Positions 63,582-64,000 of a DNA stretch of 64,000 nucleotides are shown here, piece after piece. Numbering within the stretch: the stretch's first letter is position 1; each line of letters opens with the position of its first letter. A program made the translations under genes and the position numbers. The DNA is from Chiloscyllium plagiosum (Eukaryota): positions 10,489,830 through 10,553,829 of the forward strand of contig NC_057752.1 in assembly GCF_004010195.1 (NCBI RefSeq). The letters run 5' to 3'. A model generated the notes under the pieces. The model searched no databases. It was not told the DNA's origin and saw only the letters and a list, made by a program, of their open reading frames with translations.

Positions 63582-64000
63582 TTTTCTTTTTTACAATCCA
63601 CCACCAGAAAAGGCACCCGTGTGACCAATGAACTAGTGACAAGCAAAGCCCAGAGCGAGCAGTGCTTACGTGAAGAAGGAGAGGGTAGGGACTCAATCAA
63701 AATAGAATTGAAGGGGGAAATAAAACATTTCATGTTCTGTGGTGCTCATCTCTCCCTGAGAACCTTGAGGGTGTTGGTGCACACCGCGTGATCCTTCTGC
63801 AGAGACACCCGGGCTTGAACATTAACACGGAAGAGGGGCAGGCAGTCAGCCAGAATGACCCCCTCCACAACCTGCTGCGTGGACCTGTTAATGGTCAGCC
63901 TGGTCAGGCCCAGAGGCAGACCCGTGAGGAGATCCTCTGACCTGCCCTCTCCCCTCTGCACTGGGATTTATTTTTTTTCCCCATCTTTCCTACACTACCA
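63582..64000 (-). mobile_element. Tx1/L1 LINE 3' end (ORF2 C-terminus, 3' UTR, A-tail), with the tail of a second unit at the window edge
   Basis: LGLTRLTINRSTQQVVEGVILADCLPLFRVNVQARVSLQKDHAVCTNTL; second T-run plus CCTACACTACC at 63967-64000. Confidence 0.87.

Overview
Repeat-dense vertebrate genomic DNA, most likely from a shark or other chondrichthyan (inferred from HE1-type V-SINEs, Deu-domain SacSINE1-like SINEs and abundant CR1), with four assembly gaps. Most of the window is decayed mobile DNA: CR1 and CR1-like LINEs, a Rex1/Babar LINE, RTE, Tx1/L1 LINEs, Penelope-like elements (PLEs), a two-LTR Gypsy element, solo LTRs and a TA-flanked MITE. There are two satellite arrays with ~70-bp and 35-bp units. 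Host-gene signal is limited to one divergent ACAP-type ArfGAP exon (~62321-62518, minus strand) and a CpG-rich promoter-like patch (~46.1-46.5 kb) with candidate minus-strand exons. Three observations stand out. (1) Poly(A)-tailed non-LTR inserts, mostly Tx1 3' ends, repeatedly hit the same TAAACAGGAGTGTC site at the TATA box of Gypsy LTRs, in three separate LTRs, and one further copy carries the target sequence in its tail. (2) At least four families of minimal type-I hammerhead ribozyme motifs sit in PLE terminal repeats, with compensatory stem changes. (3) A LINE appears to use a tRNA/Deu-SINE head as its 5' end. Repeat boundaries are read by eye and approximate unless TSDs are given.
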